From positions 62,001-126,000 of the forward strand of contig NIVC01000662.1 in NCBI GenBank assembly GCA_002269645.1: a DNA stretch of 64,000 bases, given 5' to 3'. Of this stretch, positions 1 to 13,178 are shown in pieces. The position numbers and the translations under genes were made by a program. Numbering within the stretch: the first letter of the stretch is position 1; each line of letters opens with the position of its first letter. Below the pieces are notes generated by a model. It had not been told where the DNA came from and did no database searches. It saw only the letters and a list, made by a program, of their open reading frames with translations. The stretch is from Macrostomum lignano. Its lineage: Eukaryota.

Positions 1-751
1 ACTGCTCACTCTCACTCTCACTGCCCACTCTACTGCCCACTCTCACTCTCTACTGCTCACTCTCACTCTCACTGCTCACTCTCACTGCTCACTCTCACTC
101 TCTACTGCTCACTTTCTACTGCTCACTCTCTACTGCTCACTCTACCGCCCACTCTCACTCTCACTGCTCACTCTCACTGCTCACTCTCACTCTCTACTGC
201 TCACTTTCTACTGCTCACTCTCTACTGCTCACTCTACCGCCCACTCTCACTCTCACTGCTCACTCTCACTGCTCACTCTCACTCTCTACTGCTCACTTTC
301 TACTGCTCACTCTACCGCCCACTCTCACTCTCTACTGCTCACTCTCACTGTCTATACTGCTCACTCTCTACTACCCACTCCCACTCTCTACTGCTCACTC
401 TCTACTGCCCACTCTCACTCTCTACTGCTCACTCTCAATCTCTACTGCTCACTCTCACTCTCTACTGCCCACTCTCTACTGCTCACTCTACCGCCCACTC
501 TCACTCTCTACTGCTCACTCTCACTGTCTATACTGCTCACTCTCTACTACCCACTCCCACTCTCTACTGCTCACTCTCTACTGCCCACTCTCACTCTCTA
601 CTGCCCACTCTCACTCTCTACTGCTCACTCTCACTGTCTATACTGCTCACTCTCTACTACCCACTCCCACTCTCTACTGCTCACTCTCTACTGCCCACTC
701 TCACTCTCTACTGCCCACTCTCACTCTCTACTGCTCACTCTCTAGTGCTCA
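1..751. repeat. CT-rich degenerate tandem repeat built from ACTCTC / TACTGCTC modules
   Basis: Continuous reiteration of actctcactctctactgctc-like units; runs off the window start. Confidence 0.95.
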
Positions 752-1215
752 CCTGACACCCCGGATCCTACCTGACACCCCGGATCCTACCTGACACCCC
801 GGATCCTACCTGACACCCCGGATCCTACCTGACACCCCGGATCCTACCTGACACCACGGATCCTACCTGACACCCCGGATCCTACCTGACACCCCGGATC
901 CTACCTGACACCCCGGATCCTACCTGACACCCCGGATCCTACCTGACACCCCGGATCCTACCTGACACCCCGGATCCTACCTGACACCCCGGATCCTACC
1001 TGACACCCCGGATCCTACCTGACACCCCGGATCCTACCTGACACCCCGGATCCTACCTGACACCCCGGATCCTACCTGACACCCCGGATCCTACCTGACA
1101 CCCCGGATCCTACCTGACACCCCGGATCCTACCTGACACCCCGGATCCTACCTGACACCCCGGATCCTACCTGACACCCCGGATCCTACCTGACACCCCG
1201 GATCCTACCTGACAC
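752..1215. repeat. 19-bp minisatellite (cctgacaccccggatccta), about 24 near-perfect copies
   Basis: Unit read directly; register shifts by 1 nt per 20 nt. Confidence 0.97.
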
Positions 1216-1382
1216 TAGATAGATCCTGACGCAAATCTTCTACAAACACACGGTTTAGTAACTCCAAGCTAAAGAATCCAGCTCATGGTTGCGGGAATAG
1301 AAGAGAGAGAAGTGGAGAGGAGATGAGAGAAGAGAGCTGAGTATAGAGACACATTAAACCTTGAGTTTAATGATTGATTGCT

Positions 1383-1827
1383 ATGGTGAAGTTTCAAAGG
1401 ACCCGAAGGCCGGACAAAGAGGTAACTCAATCTGCCAGTTATATATTTTGCAAAGCAGAAAGCGATTTGTAAAAGTGAAAATTAATATGTTGATAATTTA
1501 TGAGGCCACTCGCTCAGAAATGCAGAAGAAATCTTTCAAGCCAAAGCTCGTCTCTTTGCAGTGCAGCCTGTCAGCATTGATGAATTGTGGCAGCATGGAG
1601 CTGCGTTATTACTAGCGACATTATTATATATTTATTCAGGTAAATTGAACAGGTTACAGGTAAGAATTTGACGTGTGAAGGCTTAACACCTACCTGTTGA
1701 TGCATTGCATGCACCATGTATGCATTTGAATGCTGCAGGATCAGCGACTCCCACAGCCCCTGCAGTGCCCCAGTTGCCGGACTTGTGCCGCCTCTGGCTG
1801 CAAGCACGAGCTAAAAAAGGCCTATAG
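1383..1827 (+). CDS. Possible 3-exon small ORF (1383-1421, 1567-1639, 1739-1827), 66 aa with one hydrophobic stretch
   Basis: GT-AG sites with matching phases (0, 1) give MVKFQRTRRPDKEPVSIDELWQHGAALLLATLLYIYSGSATPTAPAVPQLPDLCRLWLQARAKKGL*. No recognisable homology; may be chance. Confidence 0.25.
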
Positions 1828-2029
1828 ATAACGCATTATATTGATCCTAAATCCATTTTTTACGATCGTGTTTGCCCCATTCTGCTCTCGGCCTCCTGGC
1901 TGCCAGTCCCAGGCAGCCCCCAGACTGCTGAGTTTTGCTACTTTCAATGACGGGCTGCAGTCAGCGAGTGAGAGAGCACAGGACCGATCCCTGTTTTCGC
2001 TAAGACCATGGTCAAGGGTCTGTCGCAGC

Positions 2030-2835
2030 GGCAGTCAGACAGAGGGACACTAAGACAGACAGACAGACAGCCACTAAGACAGACAGGCAGACAGACAGGC
2101 AGGCAGACAGACAGGCAGGCAGACAGCCACTAAGACAGACAGGCAGACAGCCACTAAGACAGACAGACAGGCAGACAGCCACTAAGACAGACAGGCAGAC
2201 AGCCACTAAGACAGACAGGCAGAGAGACAGCCACTAAGACAGACAGGCACTAAGACAGACAGACAGACAGGCAGACAGCCACTAAGACATAGAGACGGAC
2301 AGACAGCCACTAAGACAGACAGGCAGAGAGACAGCCACTAAGACAGACAGCCACTAAGACAGACAGGCAGGCAGACAGCCACTAAGACAGACAGGCAGAC
2401 AGGCAGACAGCCACTAAGACATAGAGACGGACAGACAGCCACTAAGACAGACAGGCAGAGAGACAGCCACTAAGACAGACAGCCACTAAGACAGACAGGC
2501 AGGCAGACAGCCACTAAGACAGACAGGCAGACAGCCACTAAGACAGACAGGCAGACAGCCACTAAGACAGACAGGCAGACAGCCACTAAGACAGACAGGC
2601 AGACAGCCACTAAGACAGACAGGCAGACAGCCACTAAGACAGACAGACAGGCAGACAGACACTAAGACAGACAGACAGGCAGACAGCCACTAAGACAGGC
2701 AGGCAGACAGCCACTAAGACAGACAGACAGGCAGACAGCCACTAAGACAGACAGACGGGCAGACAGCCACTAAGACAGGCAGGCAGACAGCCACTAAGAC
2801 AGACAGACAGGCAGACAGCCACTAAAGACAGACAC
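2030..2835. repeat. Minisatellite of about 24 bp (agacagacaggcagacagccacta) with variable AGAC number
   Basis: Direct reading of tandem units. Confidence 0.95.
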
Positions 2836-3472
2836 CAAGAATACCCTAACCCTGGCATTCCTTGCCATTTTCCTTGGTATCCCTGTTATCCCTGGTGTCC
2901 CTGGTGTCTGTGTTTCTTAATGAATCTTTATCGTTAAGCCCCGATGCCATTCATAAACCGGGTGACAGCTCAGTCCAATAAATTTGTATCGAAAGGACAA
3001 CACAGAGATTTGTTTGGGGAAATCGCTCCGCCAAATTCCGGCCTTTATTACCTCACTTCACGCCCCCTCACTCACATCGACCTTCGAGGATGCACGCGAG
3101 CAAAAATTGAACTAAAATTTACAAACAATTTTAGGGTCCACATCTGGCCCAGTTTCACTGTCCCAGACAGTAACCAAGACCTGCCGGACATTTGTCTGCC
3201 TATAAGCAATGCTGAAAGTCTTTGTTAATTCTTATTAGCGAATCGAACCACCGACTGCATGGCAACTCCTGTTAAAGAAATTCTGTTTACAAGTCGAGGT
3301 CGAGCAAGAAAACAAAACATTGGGGAAACTGCCTGCCGCACAGTAGCAAATGGGAACTGCAGCCAGAGAGGAACAGATAAAGATGATGCAGGAAGAGACT
3401 GCGTGTGTAATTTCCTTTGCAGCATGGGAACCGCTATTCAGGAAGCCCCCAGGCACTGGTTTCTCGTGAAGC

Positions 3473-3995
3473 CCCTCTCAGCTCTATCCTCCTCTGCACT
3501 CCCCTCTCAGCTCTATCCTCCTCTGCACTCCCCTCTCAGCTCTATCCTCCTCTGCTCTCCCCCCTCAGCTCTATCCTCCTCTGCTCTCCCCCCTCAGCTC
3601 TATCCTCCTCTGCACTCCCCCCTCAGCTCTATCCTCCTCTGCACTCCCCTCTCAGCTCTATCCTCCTCTGCTCTCCCCCCTCAGCTCTATCCTCCTCTGC
3701 TCTCCCCCCTCAGCTCTATCCTCCTCTGCACTCCCCCCTCAGCTCTATCCTCCTCTGCACTCCCCTCTCAGCTCTATCCTCCTCTGCTCTCCCCTCTCAG
3801 CTCTATCCTCCTCTGCTCTCCCCTCTCAGCTCTATCCTCCTCTGCTCTCCCCCCCTCAGCTCTATCCTCCTCTGCACTCCCCTCTCAGCTCTATCCTCCT
3901 CTGCTCTCCCCTCTCAGCTCTATCCTCCTCTGCACTCCCCTCTCAGCTCTATCCTCCTCTGCACTCCCCTCTCAGCTCTATCCTCCTCTGCTCTC
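3473..3995. repeat. CT-rich minisatellite of about 29 bp (cccctctcagctctatcctcctctgcact)
   Basis: Direct reading; accounts for ORFs 3259..4032 and 3417..4073. Confidence 0.95.
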
Positions 3996-4544
3996 ATCTC
4001 TCCCTCTTCTACTCTACTCATCATTTTTCTGAGAAGAGAAATGGAATTCAATAAGAAACCGAGATTGGTCTAGATTTATATAAATCTTTCTTCTTCAGGC
4101 CAGCCAGGCAGAAGCCACACCTGTACCCACAGATCAGCCTGCCAATATCCTGTCAGCAATAGTCAGTGCAAGGTGGGAAATCACAGAGCGCAATAAAAGG
4201 GGCGCGCAGAAATCCGCAAAATTTATCTGGGCCCAAAACAAGGCCAGCGGCTGTTTCGAATGGAAAAAATTGCCCCGACGATAGAATGGGATCCTGCAGC
4301 TCCGATACCAGTATGACCCTTGCCTGCAGGGCGAGCAAGTCCACTCGGACTTTCGGTGGAGACGGGATTAACGTTGCACCTAAAAACAAAAAAAATTTGA
4401 CCTTTTCAGAGCCAAGTTCGCCCAATTGCTGACATTCCCGTATCTTCTGACACCTCATTGTCTATACAGATCGAATCTAATTACACCTTAATCCCGACTG
4501 ACACAACAGATCTGACACCTTAATAAGCTTACATGACACCCCAG

Positions 4545-6540
4545 ATAGATCCTAGCTGACACCCTAGATAGATCCTAGCTGACACCCTAGATAGATCCTA
4601 GCTGAAACCCTAGATAGATCCTAGCTGACACCCTAGATAGATCCTAGCTGACACCCTAGATAGATGCTAGCTGACACCCTAGATAGATTCTAGCTGACAC
4701 CCTAGATAGATCCTAGCTGACACCCTAGATAGATCCTAGCTGACACTCCAGATAGATCCTAGCTGACACCCTAGATAGATTCTAGCTGACACCCTAGATA
4801 GATCCTAGCTGACACCCTAGATAGATGCTAGCTGACACCCTAGATAGATCCTAGCTGACACCCTAGATAGATCCTAGCTGACACCCTAGATAGATCCTAG
4901 CTGACACCCCAGATAGATGCTAGCTGACACCCTAGATAGATTCTAGCTGACACCCTAGATAGATCCTAGCTGACACCCTAGATAGATCCTAGCTGACACC
5001 TTAGATAGATCCTAGCTAACACCCTAGATAGATCCCAGCTGACACCCCAGATAGATCCTAGCTGACACCCCAGATAGATGCTAGCTGAAACCCCAGATAG
5101 ATCCTAGCTGACACCCTAGATAGATGCTAGCTGACACCCTAGATAGATCCTAGCTGACACCCCAGATAGATGCTAGCTGACACCCCAGATAGATTCTAGT
5201 TGACACCCCAGATAGATTCTAGCTGACACCCTAGATAGATCCTAGCTGACACCCTAGATAGATCCTAGCTGACACCCTAGATAGATCCTAGCTGACACCC
5301 TAGATAGATCCTAGCTGACACCCTAGATAGATCCTAGCTGACACCCCAGATAGATGCTAGCTGACACCCTAGATAGATCCTAGCTGACACCCTAGATAGA
5401 TCCTAGCTGACACCCTAGATAGATCCTAGCTGACACCCCAGATAGATCCTAGCTGACACCCCAGATAGAAGCTAGCTGACACCCTAGATAGATCCTAGCT
5501 GACACCCTAGATAGATCCTAGCTGACACCCTAGATAGATCCTAGCTGACACCCTAGATAGATGCTAGCTGACACCCTAGATAGATGCTAGCTGACACCCT
5601 AGATAGATGCTAGCTGACACCCTAGATAGATCCTAGCTGACACCCCAGATAGATGCTAGCTGACACCCTAGATAGATCCTAGCTGACACCCTAGATAGAT
5701 CCTAGCTGACACCCCAGATAGATGCTAGCTGACACCCCAGATAGATCCTAGCTGACACCCCAGATAGATGCTAGCTGACACCCTAGATAGATCCTAGCTG
5801 ACACCCTAGATAGATGCTAGCTGACACCCTAGATAGATCCTAGCTGACACCCTAGATAGATGCTAGCTGACACCCTAGATAGATCCTAGCTGACACCCTA
5901 GATAGATCCTAGCTGACACCCTAGATAGATGCTAGCTGACACCCCAGATAGATGCTAGCTGACACCCTAGATAGATTCTAGCTGACACCCTAGATAGATC
6001 CTAGCTGACACCCTAGATAGATCCTAGCTAACACCCTAGATAGATCCTAGCTGACACCCTAGATAGATCCCAGCTGACACCCTAGATAGATCCCAGCTGA
6101 CACCCTAGATAGATCCTAGCTGACACCCTAGATAGATGCTAGCTAACACCCTAGATAGATCCTAGCTAACACCCTAGATAGATCCTAGCTGACACCCTAG
6201 ATAGATCCCAGCTGACACCCTAGATAGATCCCAGCTGACACCCTAAATAGATCCTAGCTGACACCCTAGATAGATCCTAGCTAACACCCTAGATAGATCC
6301 TAGCTGACACCCTAGATAGATCCCAGCTGACACCCTAGATAGATCCTAGCTGACACCCTAGATAGATGCTAGCTGACACCCTAGATAGATGCTAGCTGAC
6401 ACCCTAGATAGATGCTAGCTGACACCCTAGATAGATGCTAGCTGACACCCTAGATAGATGCTAGCTGACACCCTAGATAGATGCTAGCTGACACCCTAGA
6501 TAGATGCTAGCTGACACCCTAGATAGATCCTAGCTGACCC
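4545..6540. repeat. 23-bp minisatellite (ctagctgacaccctagatagatc), about 85 copies
   Basis: Direct reading of tandem units with point variants (gatgc, gattc, cccag). Confidence 0.97.
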
Positions 6541-6944
6541 CCGGAAACAGTCGGAAACAGATTTTCCCTTTCCATAGGAAATTGAGGTCTGAAAAAATTT
6601 CCCAAACAAAAAGCAGTATGGAAATATGAATTTCAATTTTAAGTATCCGTATTCGTGCTAGAATAATTATCTGCTTGCCAAAATTGTAAAGAAGTGGGAA
6701 AATATATTGACAAAAATGTACAAGAAAAAATTCGTAAAACCTTGAAAAAACAGCCGCTGTTGTGAATTCACACCGAAAAATTAAAACTGGAAAAGATTTT
6801 TAATTTTGAAATTATTCACGGAGTTTAAACTTAAATCGATAATTAAACAATTAAATACTTGTAGAATGAGACGAAATTATCAGCAATCAGATCCTGTGAC
6901 CCACAGTGACCCAGCTGATTAAAAGTAGATACCAGCTGACCCAC

Positions 6945-7660
6945 CCTTAGTGACCCATCTGAGTCAGGGCAGACACCAGCTCTGACCCATGACCCACACT
7001 CAGTGACCCATCTGAGTCAGGGCAGACACCAGCTCTGACCCATGACCTACACTCAGTGACCCATCTGAGTCAGGGCAGACACCAGCTCTGACCCATGACC
7101 TACACTCAGTGACCCATCTGAGTCAGGGCAGACACCAGCTCTGACCCATGACCTACACTCAGTGACCCATCTGAGTCAGGGCAGACACCAGCTCTGACCC
7201 ATGACCCACACTCAGTGACCCATCTGAGTCAGGGCAGACACCAGCTCTGAACCATGACCCACACTCAGTGACCCATCTGAGTCAGGGCAGACACCAGCTC
7301 TGACCCACACTCAGTGACCCATCTGAGTCAGGGCAGACACCAGCTCTGAACCATGACCCACACTCAGTGACCCATCTGAGTCAGGGCAGACACCAGCTCT
7401 GAACCATGACCCACACTCAGTGACCCATCTGAGTCAGGGCAGACACCAGCTCTGACCCATGACCTACACTCAGTGACCCATCTGAGTCAGGGCAGACACC
7501 AGCTCTGACCCATGACCTACACTCAGTGACCCATCTGAGTCAGGGCAGACACCAGCTCTGACCCATGACTCACACTCAGTGACCCATCTGAGTCAGGGCA
7601 GACACCAGCTCTGACCCATGACCCACACTCGGTGACCCATCTGAGTCAGGGCAGACTCTA
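6945..7660 (+). repeat. 53-bp minisatellite (cagtgacccatctgagtcagggcagacaccagctctgacccatgacccacact)
   Basis: Unit starts at 7001 and 7054 give period 53. Confidence 0.95.
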
Positions 7661-8449
7661 TAGACACAACCGCCCAAACACAACCACACAAAGACACAAT
7701 CTTTATTAGATTTCGATCAATGCAGGTAAAAACAGTGGCTTAAATAAGCGGTGACTCGCCTTCACTCAGGTTTTAAGGGCCCCTAAGAAGCCGGTTCACT
7801 CCCAATGTCTGAAATGTCGAACTTCTCTCGAATGCGGGCCCTTAAGAGAGAGAGAGAGAGTCAGAAGACACGGGCGGATTCGAGAAAAACAAGTGGGGTT
7901 CGGACGGAGGCCGCTCCTTGCTCCGTTTTTCCCTCTCAAGCCCCCGTCCCAGTTCGATAAAAAAACGCTACATGCTTTGCATGCGCCATGCAGTGTCTCG
8001 GATTATAATAAGTAAGCGAAAGTCTTCTTGGCTCGGCTGGGCCCCGGGGCCGATGTAGCGATTCGAGTGCGGCCTGCGGTGTGCGCTGCGCTCGAAGGGG
8101 TGACGGGGGCAGGCGGCACCGAGCTGGCGCGCGGAAAATTTTTTCGCTACAAATAATTTTCGGAGCCTTTCTCTCTCTCTCTCTCAAGAGGCAGAAAGCA
8201 CCCAGGTCGAGACGGGGCATACAAGCCTAGAAATAACCGGTTTCAGGCCGATTCTCTTCGAAGCTGTACTTTTTTACGATTCGAGTAATTTGATGTACGC
8301 AGTGGATCATATCGCAGTGGGGAACAGAACCAACAATCCAAAAACTACTACTTCCTAGGTTACTTTGGGAATCTGGGTTTGGTGCCGCAGGACAGACTGC
8401 AGCCTCTGATACTTATTTTAGCGTCACAGATCGATTTAGCTAGATGGTC

Positions 8450-9170
8450 AGCGGGTCAGAGCTGGTGTCTGCCCTGACTCAGATGAGTCACTGAGTGTGG
8501 GTCAACTGGTGTCTGCCCTGACTCAGATGGGTCACTGAGTGTGGGTCAACTGGTGTCTGCCCTGACTCAGATGGGTCACTGAGTGTGGGTCAACTGGTGT
8601 CTGCCCTGACTCAGATGGGTCACTGAGTGTGGGTCAACTGGTGTCTGCCCTGACTCAGATGGGTCACTGAGTGTGGGTCAACTGGTGTCTGCCCTGACTC
8701 AGATGGGTCACTGAGTGTGGGTCAACTGGTGTCTGCCCTGACTCAGATGGGTCACTGAGTGTGGGTCAACTGGTGTCTGCCCTGACTCAGATGGGTCACT
8801 GAGTGTGGGTCAACTGGTGTCTGCCCTGACTCAGATGGGTCACTGAGTGTGGGTCATGGGTCAGAGCTGGTGTCTGCCCTGACTCAGATGGGTCACTGAG
8901 TGTGAGTCATGAGACAGAGCTGGTGTCTGCCTTGACTCAGATGGGTCACTGAGTGTGGATCATGAGTCAACTGGTGTCTGCCCTGACTCAGATGGGTCAC
9001 TGAGTGTGGATCATGAGTCAACTGGTGTCTGCCCTGACTCAGATGGGTCACTGAGTGTGGGTCATGGGTCAGAGCTGGTGTCTGCCCTGACTCAGATGAG
9101 TCACTGAGTGTGGGTCAACTGGTGTCTGCCCTGACTCAGATGGGTCACTGAGTGTGGGCCATCTGGTGTC
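8450..9170 (-). repeat. Inverted array of the same family, mostly a 44-bp deletion variant
   Basis: gtgtgggtcaactggtgtctgccctgactcagatgggtcactga is the reverse complement of the left-array unit minus 9 nt; period 44 (8503 to 8547). Confidence 0.95.
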
Positions 9171-10059
9171 TGCTCCAGATCACAGGTAGATCAGGTGGTT
9201 CACCGACGCAGACGGCCGCGCCTGCAGCTCAAACGACAGCAATACTCATTCCAGCTTCACCGTCATCATTATTTTACAAGGGCAAAATCCAATAAAAGCT
9301 GCAATTTAAAAGTTGCTTTTATTTTGGCGTCGCCACAGTAAACTACGAGATTACCAAATGAGCCACAGCTTCCACCATAGATTTCCTGCAGCAATGTTTT
9401 TATTGCCTCTGGACCACCCGCTGGGGATACTGCAGGTTTAAGTTTGTAGTGCTCAGAGTCCAGTTTCTGCGGCTACTCAGGTAGGGCAGGCACCCTGGCG
9501 GAAGCAGCGAGCTCTGAGACGCATTTTTGAAATCATTTTCCGCCTCTATAAGCTTGTTGTCTTCTTTTTTTCAAAGTTTTAAGTCCCTTGCCCATCCCGT
9601 CTGAGACGAGTGTGTAATTGCCCTGAGCATCGAGCCTGATGGTCACGAATCACAGAACTCCAACCCCCCGTTCCATACTCCTCAGACTGGAGTTCTGCTG
9701 TTGCATCCTGCCGTGTCTGGCAACTGTGCCAGAACCCCCGCGCCGGGCCCTTCTATAGCGGAAATTTGTGTATACATGTGGTTTTCTGTCTGCGCGTCTG
9801 CCAGTGTGTTCTATTTTCTTTTTTCTTGAATGTCAGGCACGCGGGGACACCATGGGAACGCGCTGATGGACATGTCACAATTAGCAATGCAGGTTAAGCG
9901 GAAGTGGCCGCGGTTAGTAGCACGCGGATTATCCTCTTCATCCAATTTTAAACTTCTTTGTGAAGTTTAAGCTAAATACATAGCATGTGACTTGTGTAGT
10001 GGCTCGCGTAGGAATTTTAATTGGAGAGGGCCGCAACCTTAAGGGGTGCCGATATTTGG

Positions 10060-10670
10060 TGTCTTGGTGGGTGCCCCTGTCTCTTGGTGGCTGCCCCTGT
10101 CTCTTGGTGGCTGCCCCTGTCTCTTGGTGGCTGCCCGTGTCTCTTGGTGGGCACCCCTGTCTCTTTTTTGGTGCCCGTGTCTCTTGGTGGGCACCCCTGT
10201 CTCTTTTTTGGTGCCCCTGTCTCTTTGGTGGGCACCCCTATCTCTTTGGTGGGTGCCCCTGTCTCTTTGGTGGGTGCCCCTGTCTCTTTGGTGGGTGCCC
10301 CTGTCTCTTTGGTGGGTGCCCCTGTCTCTTGGTGGGTGCCCCTGTCTCTTTGGTGGGTGCCCCTGTCTCTTTGGTGGGTGCCCCTGTCTCTTTGGTGGGT
10401 GCCCCTGTCTCTTTGGTGGGTGCCCCTGTCTCCTTGGTGGGTGCCCCTGTGTCTTGGTGGGCGCCCCTGTCTCTTGGTGGGCACCCCTGTCTTTTGGTTG
10501 GTGCCCCTGTCTCTTGGCTGGTGCCCCTGTTGCTTGGTGGGCGCCTCTTTGGTGGGCACTACTGTTTCTTTGGTGGACGCGCGGTCCAATCTCTTTGGTG
10601 GACACTCCTGTCTCTGCTGTGCCCATAGCTACTGCCAGGGGCGTCTCTGTCTCTTGGTGGGCGCCTCCCT
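10060..10670. repeat. 20/21-bp minisatellite (tgcccctgtctctttggtggg)
   Basis: Direct reading; accounts for the overlapping ORFs 9987-10863. Confidence 0.95.
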
Positions 10671-11135
10671 GCTACGCCACTGCAAGTACATGAATGGGAG
10701 TAATTCATGCTTTCGAGGGATAATGAAGGTCAGTAAAAAAGATAAAAAATCGAAGCTTGCAGCAGTATACTTATGTGTAACATTTAAAATGTTTTTGTTT
10801 ATTACAAATACAGAATATACTGATCTAAGTAGTAAAGCGGATGGTTTTCTTAAATGCGAATAATTTAACGGAAAATTGTACATACGAGCCGTACAACACA
10901 ACAGTTGTCAATATTTCCAATAGCATGACAAGTATGACAGGCAAATAAATAATTTCCCATAAATAGATCGATTGTCTTGGCTTTATTCGACATGCAGATG
11001 AACTCACATGCAATTGTCAGAATACGCTAGTATGTGCATCACGAACAGGCAATGTGAGCACAGACAGTGGGTAATCATGCAAGGCACAGTGCGCATTTAT
11101 GTACTACGTATATATGTATGAGTTCATTGGACATA

Positions 11136-11411
11136 GGGGGGTTGTACTCGTAGCCTAGTGGTAGATCGTCGGACTCACAAATTGAAAGTCGGGGGTTCGA
11201 TTCTCGATCCCATTCGGAACAATTTATGTCCTTGAGCAAGACATTTAACTCTGCATTGCTTCAGTTCACCCAGCTGTAAAATGGGTGCCAGCATTAGCTG
11301 GGGTAATTGAGGCTGTGTGTGGCGACCCCCCAGTCCTTGGACTGAACAGCCGTACGCAGCCTTCAGATGCGCCGCACAAATAGCTGCAGCTGAGCTGTCG
11401 GTTGCACACCT
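11136..11411 (+). mobile_element. tRNA-derived SINE with CORE-like central domain, copy 1
   Basis: A-box tagcctagtgg, B-box ggttcgattctc, then gtccttgagcaagacatttaac...cagctgtaaaatgggt resembling the MIR/CORE domain. A second copy lies at 13179-13449. Confidence 0.85.
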
Positions 11412-12117
11412 GGCCGGCCAGTTGGGCCCAATCAGAAGGAATCATCGGCCATGGAAAGTTCGATGTGTCAATTTTTATATGCACCAAGGATATGAATCCG
11501 GAGTAAAAAATCAGCGTATCATTCGATAGATCGCCATGGGGTCACAAAGATTTAGTTTATTGGTTGCATGCGGTGCTCCATTGCGGTGCGCATCACCATT
11601 GGCGCCATCCTGCAGTCCATGACAGGAAGGCAGTTTTTGCACGTGACGCCATCTCCCTTGAACACACGCTCATTACACACGGGTGCAGTACGCAGGCCCA
11701 CGCTCACACAAGGGTGTACTACAACTCTGCCCAGACTTTTCGCCTTCAGTCACTGAGACACCGTTTCTGAAAGTCAGAACGCTGGAACCAACAACTCAGT
11801 CTTCCGAAAACCACTGTTGTTGTACTGGAGCACTCTGCATAGTATATGTGGAGTGGAGTGGCTGCTTCACGTGCACCGAGGAGCAACTTGGGCTGCTCAT
11901 GCAATATACGTCAATGTGGATCAGCCTCTTATAAGGCACAGGGGATGTGTCTCACCTGACGTTAGAAAAGTCAGGCTCAGCATATCTGTTAAATTTCTGA
12001 TCGAACAGTGCAAGTCTCATGAAAATCGGTTAAGCCATTCTGGAGATAATCGATTGCGCACATACAAGCAAGCAAGCAAGATTTTCATTTTTAGTGTATA
12101 GGATGCTTCGCTCACGT

Positions 12118-12476
12118 CACAGATGCTAAAATAACTACCTTAGGGTAGATGGGCCACTCAGCACATTTGCGTGTAAGCTACTTTCAGTTCAGTAGTAAGT
12201 TAAACCGAAGCATTTTAATCCAATAATCGCGCTCTTCCTCACTACCCCCGCCCCGCCCCGGAGTCACATCACAAGCTCGAAAAGGGTTTAGGCTTAGGTT
12301 AGGGCTAGGGTTAGGGTTAGGGTTTGTGCCTTTTCGAGCTTGTGATGGAGCCCTGTTTCGACGATGTGATTTTTCGAGCTTATGATGGCGGATCCATGTA
12401 TTCTTCTTTGCTATACTGAACTGAGTTTTACTAAGTATATGCCTGAGTGGCCCATCTAGTCATTTTAGTATCCGTG
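12118..12476. mobile_element. P-superfamily MITE, 359 bp
   Basis: Ends CACAGATGCTAAAA...TTTTAGTATCCGTG; shared inverted block tagatgggccactcag; 8-bp TSD gctcacgt/gctctcgt (7/8). Confidence 0.8.
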
Positions 12477-13178
12477 GCTCTCGTTCTCACTCTTGGATAG
12501 AATAGCGACTTGATGCTCCACCCTCTCTCCGACTCTGACACACTTTTTAGTTTTCTCTTCTCACTGTTTATTTGTATAGCTCGTACTTCGAGTCATACTT
12601 CTATAAGTAACTCAATTCACAAGAGGCTCGTGTTTCCCGACACGGTGTAATACACCAAGTATGTATTGGTCGCAGTCGATACTGCACATGCAACTCGCTC
12701 GCCCAGGGTTGTTGTTCGGTTCTAACAGAAACAAACAACAGAGCAAGCAAATGGCGTGCGTCTGTAATCTTTCGTGGCTCCATACATTCCATTGTACTCG
12801 TATTCAGATTCGCTTTGCTTTGTGACTCCTGGGTACATATATTTTTTAATGACATGCATATAAAAATTGGCGTCATAAAACCCGCGAAGCGTAGCATATT
12901 CTGGCCAACTTAAGACGAAACTTTTCTCAAGTACAATATACGCCTTTTCTAGTGAGTCTTGACATTTCGAACATATTGCGTTTCATTTTGAAAACACAGG
13001 TAGCAAGAACTTAACGAACAGAGCCAGCACTTGACGGTCTTACAATAAAAGGTAGGTGTTATTTGAGAACGCATTATTACACCTGGTCTTTTGGAAAGTC
13101 GAGCTCAGGCCAGCTAGAATGGTTATTAACTGATAATAATAATACGACTAGTAACTGAATACACATACCCCAATGGGC

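Noticed and set aside
3259-4073. ORFs of 257 and 218 aa
   Set aside because: They are mostly translations of the 29-bp minisatellite, with no recognisable domain in the unique N-termini.
9987-10863. Five long overlapping ORFs on both strands
   Set aside because: They arise from the stop-free 21-bp repeat.
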